From an uncultured Chloroflexia bacterium (GTDB lineage Bacteria > Chloroflexota > Limnocylindria > Limnocylindrales > CSP1-4): DNA of 64,000 nucleotides. Each line of letters begins with the position of its first letter. Position 1 is the stretch's first letter. This document shows positions 1 through 9,361 of the stretch, piece by piece. The stretch is from the NCBI GenBank assembly GCA_963713975.1, contig OY970218.1:2656001-2720000 (forward strand), given 5' to 3'. The translations under genes were made by a program, and so were the position numbers. The notes under the pieces were generated by a model. The model was not told the DNA's origin and did not search any database. It was given only the letters and a program-made list of their open reading frames with translations.

Positions 1-195
1 GCCGTGGCGCTCAACACGTCCCGGATCGCGGACGATGACGAGGCGCGCCGCGTCATCGAGGCCACCGCGGCCGAGACAGGCCTCCCGACGGCGGACCCGG
101 TGCGCTTTGGGGGCGAGGTGATGTGGCGCCAGATCGAGGCATCGGTCGACGCGCTGCCGTGGTTGGCGCTCGCCGCACCGGAGGATCCGCGATGA
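1..195 (+). CDS. DUF1611-family protein, C-terminal fragment (5' end outside window)
   Basis: ALNT...TGLPTADPVRFG matches the typical DUF1611 C-terminus; its stop overlaps the epimerase start (ATGA). Confidence 0.75.
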   Translation, partial: AVALNTSRIADDDEARRVIEATAAETGLPTADPVRFGGEVMWRQIEASVDALPWLALAAPEDPR

Positions 196-1280
196 CGTTC
201 CTGCTCCGCCTTCGCACCCTCGATCTCGCGCTGCGCGACCCGTTCGTGATCGCTCGCGCGGCACCCGGCGAGGGTTACCGGATCACGACGGTTATCGCGG
301 AGCTGCGTGACGAGGCCGACGGCGAGGATGGCCCGGTCGGCATCGGGGAAGGCTACCCGGACGCGTACTACGGCGACACGCCCGCGACGATGGCGGCGGT
401 TGCGCCGCTTCTGCTGGATGCGCTGGCACCCATCGAGGGCGATCTGCGCGGCACCGTTGGCGATGTCCGGGCGGCGCTCGAGGACGCCGAAGGCCTCATG
501 GCGGCAGCGATCGGCCATCACGGCGCGATCAAGTGCGCGATCGACATCGCCCTCCACGACCTGGCCGGCAAGCGCCTGGGGCTGCCGGTCCGGGACCTGC
601 TCGGTATCACGGGCGAGGTGCCGCCCACCGACTTCACCCTCGGGATCGACGAGCCCGCCATCGTCGCCGAGCGGGCTCGCCAGGCGGCTGGCTTCACGGC
701 GCTCAAGATCAAGGTGGGCGGCCCGTCCGATATCGAGACGCTGGAGGCCGTCAGGGCGGTGTTTGACGGGCCGATCCGCGTCGATGCCAACACGGGCTGG
801 ACGCCGGAGGGGGCGGTGGCGCTGTTGCCGGACCTTCAGCGGCTGGGCGTGGAGCTGATCGAGCAGCCCTTCCCGGCTCGCCGCCTGGACCAGATGCGCT
901 GGCTGCAGGAGCGTTCCGACCTGCCGATCGTCGCGGACGAGAGCTCGGTGACCATCGAGGACCTGGACGCGCTGGTGGGCGTCGTCGCCGGGATCAACGT
1001 CAAGCTCGCCAAGTGCGGGGGGATCGGGCCGGCGCGGCGCATGCTCGAGCGGGCGAGGGAGCTCGGTTTCCGGACGTTCCTCGGCTGCATGGAGGAGACT
1101 TCGATCGGAATCGCGGCCTCGGCCGCCGTGGCGCCGCTGGCCGAATGGGTGGATCTCGACGGCTGCCTGCTCCTCGCGGACGACCCGGTCGATGGCCTGG
1201 AGCTCGGGTCCGACAAGCGCTGGCGGCCCGCCGACCGGCCAGGCCTGGGGCTGACGATCCGGTCCGACGCGCGGCTGTAG
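192..1280 (+). CDS. Dipeptide epimerase (L-Ala-D/L-Glu epimerase family, enolase superfamily)
   Basis: KxK (KIK), DAN, EQP, ADE metal ligands, KLAK and C-terminal DLD motif; ATG at 192. Confidence 0.9.
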   Translation: MTFLLRLRTLDLALRDPFVIARAAPGEGYRITTVIAELRDEADGEDGPVGIGEGYPDAYYGDTPATMAAVAPLLLDALAPIEGDLRGTVGDVRAALEDAEGLMAAAIGHHGAIKCAIDIALHDLAGKRLGLPVRDLLGITGEVPPTDFTLGIDEPAIVAERARQAAGFTALKIKVGGPSDIETLEAVRAVFDGPIRVDANTGWTPEGAVALLPDLQRLGVELIEQPFPARRLDQMRWLQERSDLPIVADESSVTIEDLDALVGVVAGINVKLAKCGGIGPARRMLERARELGFRTFLGCMEETSIGIAASAAVAPLAEWVDLDGCLLLADDPVDGLELGSDKRWRPADRPGLGLTIRSDARL

Positions 1281-1308
1281 GGTCGCCCTAGCGGGTCTTC
1301 CGCCGCGC

Positions 1309-1394
1309 GCATCCACAGGTTTCGGACGACTCGGCGGACCTGTCCACGCATGTTCGGGGGGTGTGGACAAATCGGTGTGAACCTTGGTGGAGAA
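1309..1394. promoter_or_regulatory. Cluster of DnaA-box-like sequences
   Basis: gcATCCACA 1309, cTgTCCACg 1340, TGTGGAcAA 1362, gGTGGAgAA 1386 versus consensus TTATCCACA/TGTGGATAA. Confidence 0.4.
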
Positions 1395-1561
1395 GCCCCT
1401 ACCGGGCTCCGTGCACTGCGCGTAGCATTCAGGGATCGCCGGGCCCCAGGTTCTGAGGGAGCGGCCCAGCGGTACAGCAGAATTCCGCCGCCGACGGTTG
1501 GCAAGAACCCGCCGGTCCGTTGGCCCGAGCCCGTGCGTCCCAGGAGAGGAGACCCTTATCG

Positions 1562-1894
1562 ATGCTGCCCGCCGAGCCCGCACGTCAGGCCGCGCCTGAG
1601 GCGGAGGCGTTCGTCCGGTTCTGCTACCAGCGACGCAGGGTCGGCTGGCCGGAGCTGTACGACGAGATGTGTGCCGTCGCCACGCGTGGCCTGTTCCGGG
1701 GCATGGGGCATGACGCCCTGGCGGAGATTGGGGTGGGGTTCAGCCTGTTCGAGACCCCGCGTCTGGCGGGGCTGGTGAGAATGATCGCCGCCGAGGACCA
1801 GGCGGCGCGACGGCTGGCCCGCATGGCGGCCATGGATGCCGCCCGCGCCGCCGAGGATGCGCCGCGACCGCCCGCCACGGTGAGCGTGGCCTGA
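1562..1894 (+). CDS. Hypothetical protein (WPELYDEMC motif)
   Basis: AGGAGAGGAG RBS upstream; protein-like composition and GC3 bias. Confidence 0.7.
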   Translation: MLPAEPARQAAPEAEAFVRFCYQRRRVGWPELYDEMCAVATRGLFRGMGHDALAEIGVGFSLFETPRLAGLVRMIAAEDQAARRLARMAAMDAARAAEDAPRPPATVSVA

Positions 1895-1963
1895 GGATCC
1901 TGCGAACCGCGGCTTGAGGACGCGCGGACCGCGGCCCGGCGACGCGCGACGGCGCGGATGCGA

Positions 1964-2191
1964 TCAGGCGCGGATGCGGCGCCTGGCCATCTCACCCTCG
2001 ATCTGCCGCTCCGCCTCGACATAGCGGTCGATCTGCTCGCGGAGCTGGTTTGCCTCGGGCGTGTAGAGGTGCACCTGCTGCTGGAGGATGTACGAGAGGC
2101 GGCGGCTCGTCATCCGCACGTGGTCCAGGTTCTTCATCAGGACCAGGGGATCCATGGAGGCGAGATCGGACGGGGGATACATCGTGTTCAT
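1964..2191 (-). CDS. Small helical hypothetical protein, 75 aa
   Basis: Strong codon bias, coiled-coil-like sequence, TAGGAT -10 shortly upstream. Confidence 0.75.
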   Translation of the reverse strand: MNTMYPPSDLASMDPLVLMKNLDHVRMTSRRLSYILQQQVHLYTPEANQLREQIDRYVEAERQIEGEMARRRIRA

Positions 2192-2259
2192 CGAGTCGTC
2201 ATCCTAGCCCAACCGCTCACGCCCGGGAGGGTATGCGCGCGCCGGTCGTCCCGGGTATG

Positions 2260-2290
2260 AGAAAGGGGCCGCTCCCGCAGCCCCTTCCTC
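2260..2290 (-). terminator. Intrinsic terminator downstream of pspA
   Basis: Minus strand AGGGGCTGC-GGGA-GCGGCCCCT hairpin followed by TTCTC. Confidence 0.6.
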
Positions 2291-2343
2291 GTCGGTTTCC
2301 ACAGGGCGTCAGCCCCGGTCTCGCCCGCTTCCAGCGCCGGAGC

Positions 2344-3066
2344 TCAGGAGCCCAGCGACTTGCCCTTGAGCTCGGCGAGCCGCACCTCGACCTCGAGCTC
2401 GTCCTCGCCGCTCTCGAGGTCGGCGAACTGGTTCTCCAGCGAGGAGGCGGCGACCTCCTCCATTCCGCGGGCTTGGGCCTCCTGGCGCCGGATGCGCTCC
2501 TCGAAGCGGTGCAGCTCCGAGGTCGGGTCCATGACCGAGACCTCCTTGAGCGTCTGCTGGACCTGCATCTGGGCCTGCGCCATCTTCGCCCGGCTGACGA
2601 GCTCGTCCCGCTTCTGCACCAACTCCTCGCGCTTGACCCGCAGCTGGTTGAGGCCCTTCTTGAGCTTGTCGACGAGCTCGGTCTGCTGCGCGATCTGGAT
2701 ATCGAAGGTCCGGACCTGCTCCTCGAACGAGATCTGGCGCCGGAGCGCCAGCTTGGCGAGCCCGTCGAAGCGGTCGGCCTCGGCGGCGTTGCCCTGGGCG
2801 CGCAGCGCCTCGGCCCGGTCCGAGGCGGCCTGGGCCTTGGCGCCCCAGTCGGCGGATGCGTCACGCGCCTCGCGCGCGTCGTCCTCAAGGAGGCGGAGAC
2901 TGCCGATCGTCTGGGCGACGGCCTCCTCGGCCTCGGCGATGTTGTTGGTGAAGTCCCGGATCAGTTGGTCCAGCATCTTCTCCGGGTCCTCGGCCTCATC
3001 GAGGATCGAGTTGACGTTGGCCCGGACGAGCTGTCCGATGCGTCCGAGGATCGAGGTCTGCGCCAT
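2344..3066 (-). CDS. pspA: PspA/IM30 family protein
   Basis: N-terminal amphipathic helix, AEDPEKML motif, long coiled coil, C-terminal RLAELK. Confidence 0.92.
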   Translation of the reverse strand: MAQTSILGRIGQLVRANVNSILDEAEDPEKMLDQLIRDFTNNIAEAEEAVAQTIGSLRLLEDDAREARDASADWGAKAQAASDRAEALRAQGNAAEADRFDGLAKLALRRQISFEEQVRTFDIQIAQQTELVDKLKKGLNQLRVKREELVQKRDELVSRAKMAQAQMQVQQTLKEVSVMDPTSELHRFEERIRRQEAQARGMEEVAASSLENQFADLESGEDELEVEVRLAELKGKSLGS

Positions 3067-3147
3067 GGTGTCCTCCCGACTGTCTTCAGGTCACTGGATT
3101 CTGAGGCCAAGACGGCCTATTCGTCGAGCCCGCCGGTCAAGTGCTCG

Positions 3148-5283
3148 CTACCATCGCCCCCCGCGTACGCGACCGCCACCGCCTCCACCGCCTCCACCAC
3201 CGCCCCCAAACCCGCCTGACCCCGGGCCACCGCCAGCACCGCCCCACGGGCTGCCGCCCCATCCGCTGCCGCCCCGCGCTGCGCCACTTATCGCCGCGCC
3301 CAGGATGCCGCCCACCACCGCCCCGATGATCTGCGTGTCCGCTCCCTGCGCTCGGGAGGGCCCCGCGACCGGGCCGCCGGTCCGGCTCCAACCCTCGAAC
3401 TCGCCGGCGGCGAGACGGTAGGCCTCATCGGCAAGCTGCAGGGCCCGATTGGCCGTCGCCGACGCCCCCTCCGGGTTCGTCGCCACGAGCCCCCGGGCCT
3501 CAGTCAGGCGCATCTCGGCCTCGGCGGCACGGGTCCGCGCCGTCTCCCCGACGCCATGCCGACGAGTGGTGATGTAGTCGACGGCCCTGCCTAGATGTCC
3601 CTGCGCCGTGGCGATGGCCGTCTCAGCCACCTGACGGCGGCGGGCGGCCTGGGCATTCGCGTCGGCGACCTGGGCCACGATTGCGTCGGCGGCCTGGTTC
3701 GCGGCCACGGCACGCTGGAGGGCCGTGAGGGGATCCAGGGGCCTGGCCCCGGCCACCCGTCGAGCCTCGTCGAGGGCGGTCTCGGCGGCCCGCAACGCAG
3801 TACCTGGGTCTGGGCTCACGCCGCTGGCGGTGGTGCCCGGCGCCGGGGGCCGTACGACGGGCACCCGGGCGAGTCCCGCGACGGCGTCGCGGGCCGCAGC
3901 GACGTCCCTGGCAGCGGCGTCCAGCTCGTTCGGGAGCCGAGTGGCCGCATCGTCGAGGCTCGCGGCCAGGCGCTCGACCGCCTCCACGAGCTGCGTCGCC
4001 CGGGCCATGGCATCCTGCGTGCGGCGGAGCGCGATGACACCCTCGGCGGGCTTGTCGCCCACCACGGCCCACCCCCGCTCGACCTCCTCCGATGCGGCAT
4101 CGATCGCCTTTCCGGCCTCGGTGAGGTTGCCGTCCACGGAGCCCGTGGCTGACGGGGCGTACGACTCGCGCAGCCGCGTCACGACCTGGTCGGCAGCGGT
4201 GCGGCGGACTCGCAGGGTCTCGATGGTGGCTGGGAGCGCGGCGAGCAGGGCGGGCGCCGTGGCCTCGAGGTCGCGGAGGTCGTCGAAGCGCTGCTCCTGG
4301 GCGTCGAGAAGCTGCTGGGCTCGGGTGCTCCGAGCGACCATCTCCCGCAGCATCGCATCGCGCTCGGGCGGCTTCTCCGGATACGCATCATCGAGCCGCT
4401 GGCGGAGGGCGAAGGCGGCCCGGAGCTCGTCGCCGGCGAGCCGGATGGCCTCTCGGTACGGGACCACCTCCTGGTCGCCCCACTGGGCCGCGGCGAACTC
4501 GACGTCGTTGGCCGCGTCCTTGAGCGCTTCGTCACCTTCGAGGAGGGCTCGGTTGGCGTCCCGGTTGAGTGTGTCGAGGGCTACGGCCTGGGCTCGTGCG
4601 CTCCGGCGTCGCTGCAGCAGCGTGCGGCCGACGAGCAGCAGCCCCCCGACCACCAGGAGGATCGCGAGGATCGGGACGAGGTTGAGACCGCCTCCCGAGG
4701 ATCCAGGTGCCGCGGAGCCCGACCCGGTGGCTGCCCCCGGGGTGGGGGTCGGGGCCGCGGGCGTCACCGTCACGGGTGTCGCCGTCGCGTCGGCCTGCAT
4801 CGCGAGGCCGGTGGCCGCGGCCACCGAGACCATCGCCGCCGCGAACTCGCCTTCGACGAGGGCGGGCTCGAGGGCATCGGTCAGGATCGCGTCGATCTCG
4901 GCATCGCTGATCTCGTCCAGCGACGGTCCGACCCACATGGAGTAGCTGCGGTCCTCGATCGCGACCAGGATCAGCGCATCGTTGCCGCCCAGCGAGCTGA
5001 CCGTCGCGGTGCTCTCGGTGAAGGCGTTGACGTCCTCGCCGCCCGTGGTGTCGATGTAGGCCGTGAACAGCTGGACATCGGCAGCGGCGCGCAGCTGCCT
5101 GAGCGCCGCGGCGACCTCTGCCTCGTCGGCGGGCGTCAGGACCCCGGCCTGGTCCATGACCTGCCCCCCGAGCCGCGGCGGCTCGTCGAGTGCGAGGACG
5201 GGCGCGGCCACCAGGGCGAGCAGCAGCACGGCGGCGGCAGCGGCCCGGAACGGCGGGTGAAGGAGCATCGTCCGGCAACTCAT
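3148..5283 (-). CDS. TPM-domain membrane protein with long coiled coil and Gly-rich tail
   Basis: Signal peptide, VMDQAGVL TPM motif, TM helix, Gly-rich C-terminus ending GGRW; upstream of pspA; alternative start 5268. Confidence 0.85.
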   Translation of the reverse strand: MSCRTMLLHPPFRAAAAAVLLLALVAAPVLALDEPPRLGGQVMDQAGVLTPADEAEVAAALRQLRAAADVQLFTAYIDTTGGEDVNAFTESTATVSSLGGNDALILVAIEDRSYSMWVGPSLDEISDAEIDAILTDALEPALVEGEFAAAMVSVAAATGLAMQADATATPVTVTPAAPTPTPGAATGSGSAAPGSSGGGLNLVPILAILLVVGGLLLVGRTLLQRRRSARAQAVALDTLNRDANRALLEGDEALKDAANDVEFAAAQWGDQEVVPYREAIRLAGDELRAAFALRQRLDDAYPEKPPERDAMLREMVARSTRAQQLLDAQEQRFDDLRDLEATAPALLAALPATIETLRVRRTAADQVVTRLRESYAPSATGSVDGNLTEAGKAIDAASEEVERGWAVVGDKPAEGVIALRRTQDAMARATQLVEAVERLAASLDDAATRLPNELDAAARDVAAARDAVAGLARVPVVRPPAPGTTASGVSPDPGTALRAAETALDEARRVAGARPLDPLTALQRAVAANQAADAIVAQVADANAQAARRRQVAETAIATAQGHLGRAVDYITTRRHGVGETARTRAAEAEMRLTEARGLVATNPEGASATANRALQLADEAYRLAAGEFEGWSRTGGPVAGPSRAQGADTQIIGAVVGGILGAAISGAARGGSGWGGSPWGGAGGGPGSGGFGGGGGGGGGGGGRVRGGRW

Positions 5284-5333
5284 GGCGGTGCCCCAGATGC
5301 TACCCCGCGGCAGGTGCGTCCTGCGACGGGCTC

Positions 5334-6746
5334 TCAGATGGCGCGCAGTCTCGACGGCGGCCAGGTCCAGTCGATCGGCAGGTCCGCGGTGGAGAGCGCC
5401 CGCCTGCGACCGGCCTCGCTCGCACCCAGCACCAGGATGCGGTCGGTCTTGGTGGCCCGGCCGGCTTCGCCACCCCAGAGGCGGGTCATCTTGCGGTTGG
5501 CCGCGACCTCGTCCCGGACCACGCCGGCCAGCCGGAAGCCGGCGGGAAGCGCCGCTTCCTCCCAGGCCCGCTCCGCCAGCCGGAGGCCGTCGGAAGACGG
5601 CTTGCCGCGATCCATCTCCACGTCCCCGATCACCACGACGGCGATCCCGTCGTCGGTCAGCGCCGGACGGAGATCGGTGAGGACGTCCCGCAGGAACGCG
5701 AGGTACGGCTCGCGCTTGTGTGCATCGTCCAGCTGCGCGTCGATCGTCGCCGCGTCGAAGCCGAGGAGCCAGGTCCGCAGCCAGTTGTAGTAGCCGTACT
5801 TGAGGACACGGAGGTACGGCGGGGACGTCACCACCAGGCGGGCGCGATCAGGCAGGCCGTGCGCCCGGAGCACTGTCCGTGCCCGGCTTCCCGCGGTGCG
5901 CGCGTCGCCGCGCAGGGCGATCCCGGCCGTCGTCGGCAGCGGCTGGCGGTACAGGCGGTCGAGCTTAGCCGACAGCAGATCAAAGACGTCTCGCTGGGGC
6001 GGCTCGTACCCGGTCCGTGCCACGAAGTCGCGCACGTATCGAGGCGCCATGGAGAACGTGTTGGGCATGATCGTGGACAGGTAGGACGGCGTCTTGCCGT
6101 GCAGCATCCCCGCCAGTGCCCCGGCCAGGAAGCGATCGGTTCGATCGTCGAGAACCAGGTGTGAGCGGACCAGCAGCAGCTGGGCGAGGGTGCGTGGATG
6201 GAACGCGAGGGCAACCTCGTCGGGGACGGTCTCCGCTCGGGACGTGGGATCGGCCGCCGACCCTGCTGCCGGGACGAAGGCGGACGGGTGACCGGGACGC
6301 GTCTTGACCCGCTCGGCGAGGGCGAGCCACGACGGCGCATCGGCGGCCCAGGCGAGGCGGAGGGCCGCCAGGCGCGTCCGGGACTCGGCCGATGTCGCGG
6401 GCTCCAGCTTGGCGGCCGTCAGCACGTGGGCGAGCGGGTTGAGGTCGTTGCCGACGCCGATCCGGCCCTCGGCCGCCGCCTGGACCGGGGCAGTCCCGCG
6501 GCCGCTGAACGGGTCCAGCACGACGTCGCCGGGCCGCGAGTAGCGGGCGATGAAGGCATGCGCGAGGGACGCGGGGAAGCTCGCAAGGTAGGAGCACATC
6601 GGGTGGAGGCTGTGGCCCCACAGGCGTGCCTGATCCTTCCACTCGGGCTCGATGGCCAGGGCGGGCAGGGCGGGCAGGGCGCTCGGCAGCTCGAGGGCGA
6701 GCTGGCCGACGGCGATCGGTCGCGTTCGGACGGTCTGAGCGGGCAT
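5334..6746 (-). CDS. DNA methyltransferase, N4-C/N6-A amino class, alpha motif order
   Basis: Motif I VLDPFSGRGT near the N-terminus, motif IV VTSPPY near the C-terminus. Confidence 0.85.
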   Translation of the reverse strand: MPAQTVRTRPIAVGQLALELPSALPALPALAIEPEWKDQARLWGHSLHPMCSYLASFPASLAHAFIARYSRPGDVVLDPFSGRGTAPVQAAAEGRIGVGNDLNPLAHVLTAAKLEPATSAESRTRLAALRLAWAADAPSWLALAERVKTRPGHPSAFVPAAGSAADPTSRAETVPDEVALAFHPRTLAQLLLVRSHLVLDDRTDRFLAGALAGMLHGKTPSYLSTIMPNTFSMAPRYVRDFVARTGYEPPQRDVFDLLSAKLDRLYRQPLPTTAGIALRGDARTAGSRARTVLRAHGLPDRARLVVTSPPYLRVLKYGYYNWLRTWLLGFDAATIDAQLDDAHKREPYLAFLRDVLTDLRPALTDDGIAVVVIGDVEMDRGKPSSDGLRLAERAWEEAALPAGFRLAGVVRDEVAANRKMTRLWGGEAGRATKTDRILVLGASEAGRRRALSTADLPIDWTWPPSRLRAI

Positions 6747-6912
6747 TCCCGGGCTCGATCAGGGATCGCGCGGGATTGGGCCCCGCCGCGAAGGGCGGCC
6801 AGCGTAGCACCGCGTTGCGTCCGCGCAACTGGGACGATCGGCCTATCCCGATGCGGACTGGCCGTCCGCGGAGTCGAGCGACCGGAGTCGCGTAGACTCC
6901 GAGCGGAGCCGC

Positions 6913-6988
6913 GCCCCCGTAGCTCAGCGGATAGAGCAGCCGCCTTCTAAGCGGTTGGTCGCAGGTTCGAGTCCTGCCGGGGGCGCCA
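6913..6988 (+). tRNA. tRNA-Arg(UCU)
   Basis: Cloverleaf: acceptor GCCCCCG/CGGGGGC, anticodon arm GCCGC-CT-TCT-AA-GCGGT, TTCGAGT T-loop, encoded CCA. Confidence 0.97.
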
Positions 6989-7004
6989 ATGCCGGGGGCG
7001 CCAA
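6975..7004 (+). repeat. Perfect 15-bp tandem duplication of the tRNA 3' end
   Basis: TGCCGGGGGCGCCAA at 6975-6989 and 6990-7004. Confidence 0.95.
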
Positions 7005-7214
7005 CGAGCCTCGCTCCCGGCCATAGGTCCCGCGGCGGAGGACCGGCAGGCACCCGGCTGACTGCGTTCCGAACCCCGCAGTCGGGACGTGCGGCACGCA
7101 GCGCGGTCACTGTGGTCCCGTAGCATCGTGTTGACGGATCAGACACACTCGGTCGCAGCAATCCTGTGCGCCCGCGTCCCGTCCCTGCTCCGGGTTGACC
7201 TGGAGGGAGGCCAC

Positions 7215-7706
7215 ATGCCCGCATTGTTCGCCAAGCCAGCAGCGCCGAGTGATGACAAGCGCTGGAAGATCGTCGAGACCCGGATGCGGCGGATGGGCGA
7301 CCGTCCGGCGGCCCTGATCGAGGCGCTGCACGCGGCCCAGGAGGCCTTCGGGTACCTGGACGAGGATGCCCTCCACTACGTCGGCGACACGCTGCGGGTG
7401 CCGCACTCGCGCGTCTACGGCGTCGCGACCTTCTACTCCTTCTTCACGCTCAAGCCGCAGGGCGAGCACACGTGCGTGGTCTGCACGGGCACGGCCTGCT
7501 ACATCAATGGCGCGAAGGAGATCCTGGCCGCGCTCGAGACCCACATCGGGGTCAAGCCGAAGGAGACGACTGCCGACGGCAAGGTGTCCATCCTGACCGC
7601 CCGCTGCCTTGGCGCCTGCAGCCTCGCGCCGGCGGTGATCGTGGATGGCGACGTCAAGGGCAAGATCGCCGCCGCCGACCTGGTGGCGCAGTTGGAGGCG
7701 TTGTGA
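7215..7706 (+). CDS. hoxE: Bidirectional hydrogenase diaphorase subunit HoxE (NuoE-like, 2Fe-2S)
   Basis: GVATFY, CTGTAC and CLGAC motifs; GGAGG RBS. Confidence 0.92.
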   Translation: MPALFAKPAAPSDDKRWKIVETRMRRMGDRPAALIEALHAAQEAFGYLDEDALHYVGDTLRVPHSRVYGVATFYSFFTLKPQGEHTCVVCTGTACYINGAKEILAALETHIGVKPKETTADGKVSILTARCLGACSLAPAVIVDGDVKGKIAAADLVAQLEAL

Positions 7707-9361
7707 GCGAGCAGCCCGTCGCGGCGCGGCCCATCCGCCGCCGCGTGATCACCGAGGAAGTCCACGAGGGTCCCGTACGTGCGCGCGCGTTCGTGTGCGA
7801 GGCCGCGAGCTGCATGTCGGCGCAGGCCCATGACGTGACCCTGCGGCTGGGCGAGGCGGCCGCGGAGGCCGGTCTGACCGATGTCGTCGTCAAGCGTGTC
7901 GGCTGCCTGGGCCTGTGTGCCGCGGGTCCGCTGGTCGAGATTCCGGAGACAGGTCGCCTGTTCAGCGCGGTCACGCCCGACGATGTGACACCCATCATCG
8001 ACGCACTCAGGGCTGTGACCCCGGAGGACACGCCGCAGCCCCAGGGCCCGTTCTTCGAGCGGCAGCTCCGCGTGGCCACCGAGAACATGGGCCGGATCGA
8101 CCCGGAGAGCCTGGACGACTACGTCGAGCGGGGCGGCTACGAGGCACTCAAGCGCATCCTGTCCGACATGACGTCCACGGAGGTCCGCGAGGAGCTCAGC
8201 AGGAGCGGGCTGCGAGGGCGCGGCGGTGCCGGCTACCCGACGGCGCTCAAGTGGACCACCGTGGCCAAGGCCGAAGGCACGCAGAAGTACGTGATCTGCA
8301 ACGCGGACGAGGGTGATCCCGGCGCGTTCATGGACCGCAGCGTGCTCGAGAGCGACCCGTTCCGTGTGCTCGAGGGCATGGCGATCGCCGCCTTCGCCGT
8401 CCACGCCACCGAGGGCTACATCTACTGCCGCGCGGAGTACCCGCTCGCAGTTGCCCGCCTCCGGTCCGCCATCCGGTCTGCTCAACGGGCAGGCCTGCTA
8501 GGCTCCAACATCGCCGACACGTCCTTCTCGTTCGACATCCAGATCCGGCTCGGAGCCGGCGCCTTCGTGTGCGGCGAGGAGACGGCGCTCATCCAGTCGG
8601 TCGAGGGCAAACGCGGCACGCCGAGGCCCAGGCCTCCGTACCCGGCCGTGCAGGGCCTGTTCGATTGCCCGACGCTGATCAACAACGTCGAGACCTTTGC
8701 CAACGTGCCGGCCATCCTGCGCAAGGGGGCGGACTGGTACGCGCAGATCGGGATCGGCAAGAGCCGCGGCACCAAGGTGTTCGCGCTCGCTGGCCGCATC
8801 GTCAACACGGGCCTCGTGGAGGTCCCGATGGGGATGTCGCTGCGCGAGATCATCTTTGACATCGGCGGGGGGATCATCGGCGGCCGGCCGTTCAAGGCGG
8901 TCCAGACCGGTGGCCCGTCCGGGGGCTGCATCCCCGCCGAGCATCTCGACATGCCGGTCAGCTACGAGACCCTGATCGAGCTGGGCTCGTTCATGGGCTC
9001 GGGCGGCATGATCGTCATGGACGACACCTCGTGCATGGTGGACGTCGCCAAGTACTTCATGGACTTCTGCCGCGACGAGTCCTGCGGCAAGTGTGTCCCG
9101 TGCCGGGTGGGCACGACCCAGATGTACATGCTCCTGGACCTCATCACGAGGGGTCGCGCCACGATGGCGGACCTCGAGCAGCTTGAGCGTCTCGCCGGCA
9201 TCGTCCAGCGGATGTCGCTGTGCGGCCTGGGGCAGGGAGCGCCGAACCCAATCTTCAGCACCCTGCGCTACTTCCGGGACGAGTACAACGCCCACATCGT
9301 GGACAGGGTGTGTCCCGCCGGGGTCTGCGTCATCGAGCAGCCTGCGGAGGTGATGGCATGA
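7703..9361 (+). CDS. hoxF: Diaphorase subunit HoxF (NuoF-like)
   Basis: GLRGRGGAG, NADEGDPG, GAGAFVCGEET, ESCGKCVPCR motifs; N-terminal 2Fe-2S domain; GTG overlaps the hoxE stop. Confidence 0.95.
   Translation: MSEQPVAARPIRRRVITEEVHEGPVRARAFVCEAASCMSAQAHDVTLRLGEAAAEAGLTDVVVKRVGCLGLCAAGPLVEIPETGRLFSAVTPDDVTPIIDALRAVTPEDTPQPQGPFFERQLRVATENMGRIDPESLDDYVERGGYEALKRILSDMTSTEVREELSRSGLRGRGGAGYPTALKWTTVAKAEGTQKYVICNADEGDPGAFMDRSVLESDPFRVLEGMAIAAFAVHATEGYIYCRAEYPLAVARLRSAIRSAQRAGLLGSNIADTSFSFDIQIRLGAGAFVCGEETALIQSVEGKRGTPRPRPPYPAVQGLFDCPTLINNVETFANVPAILRKGADWYAQIGIGKSRGTKVFALAGRIVNTGLVEVPMGMSLREIIFDIGGGIIGGRPFKAVQTGGPSGGCIPAEHLDMPVSYETLIELGSFMGSGGMIVMDDTSCMVDVAKYFMDFCRDESCGKCVPCRVGTTQMYMLLDLITRGRATMADLEQLERLAGIVQRMSLCGLGQGAPNPIFSTLRYFRDEYNAHIVDRVCPAGVCVIEQPAEVMA

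Noticed and set aside
1400-1550. Possible riboswitch in the leader of the 1562 ORF
   Set aside because: GC hairpins are present but no known aptamer consensus could be matched
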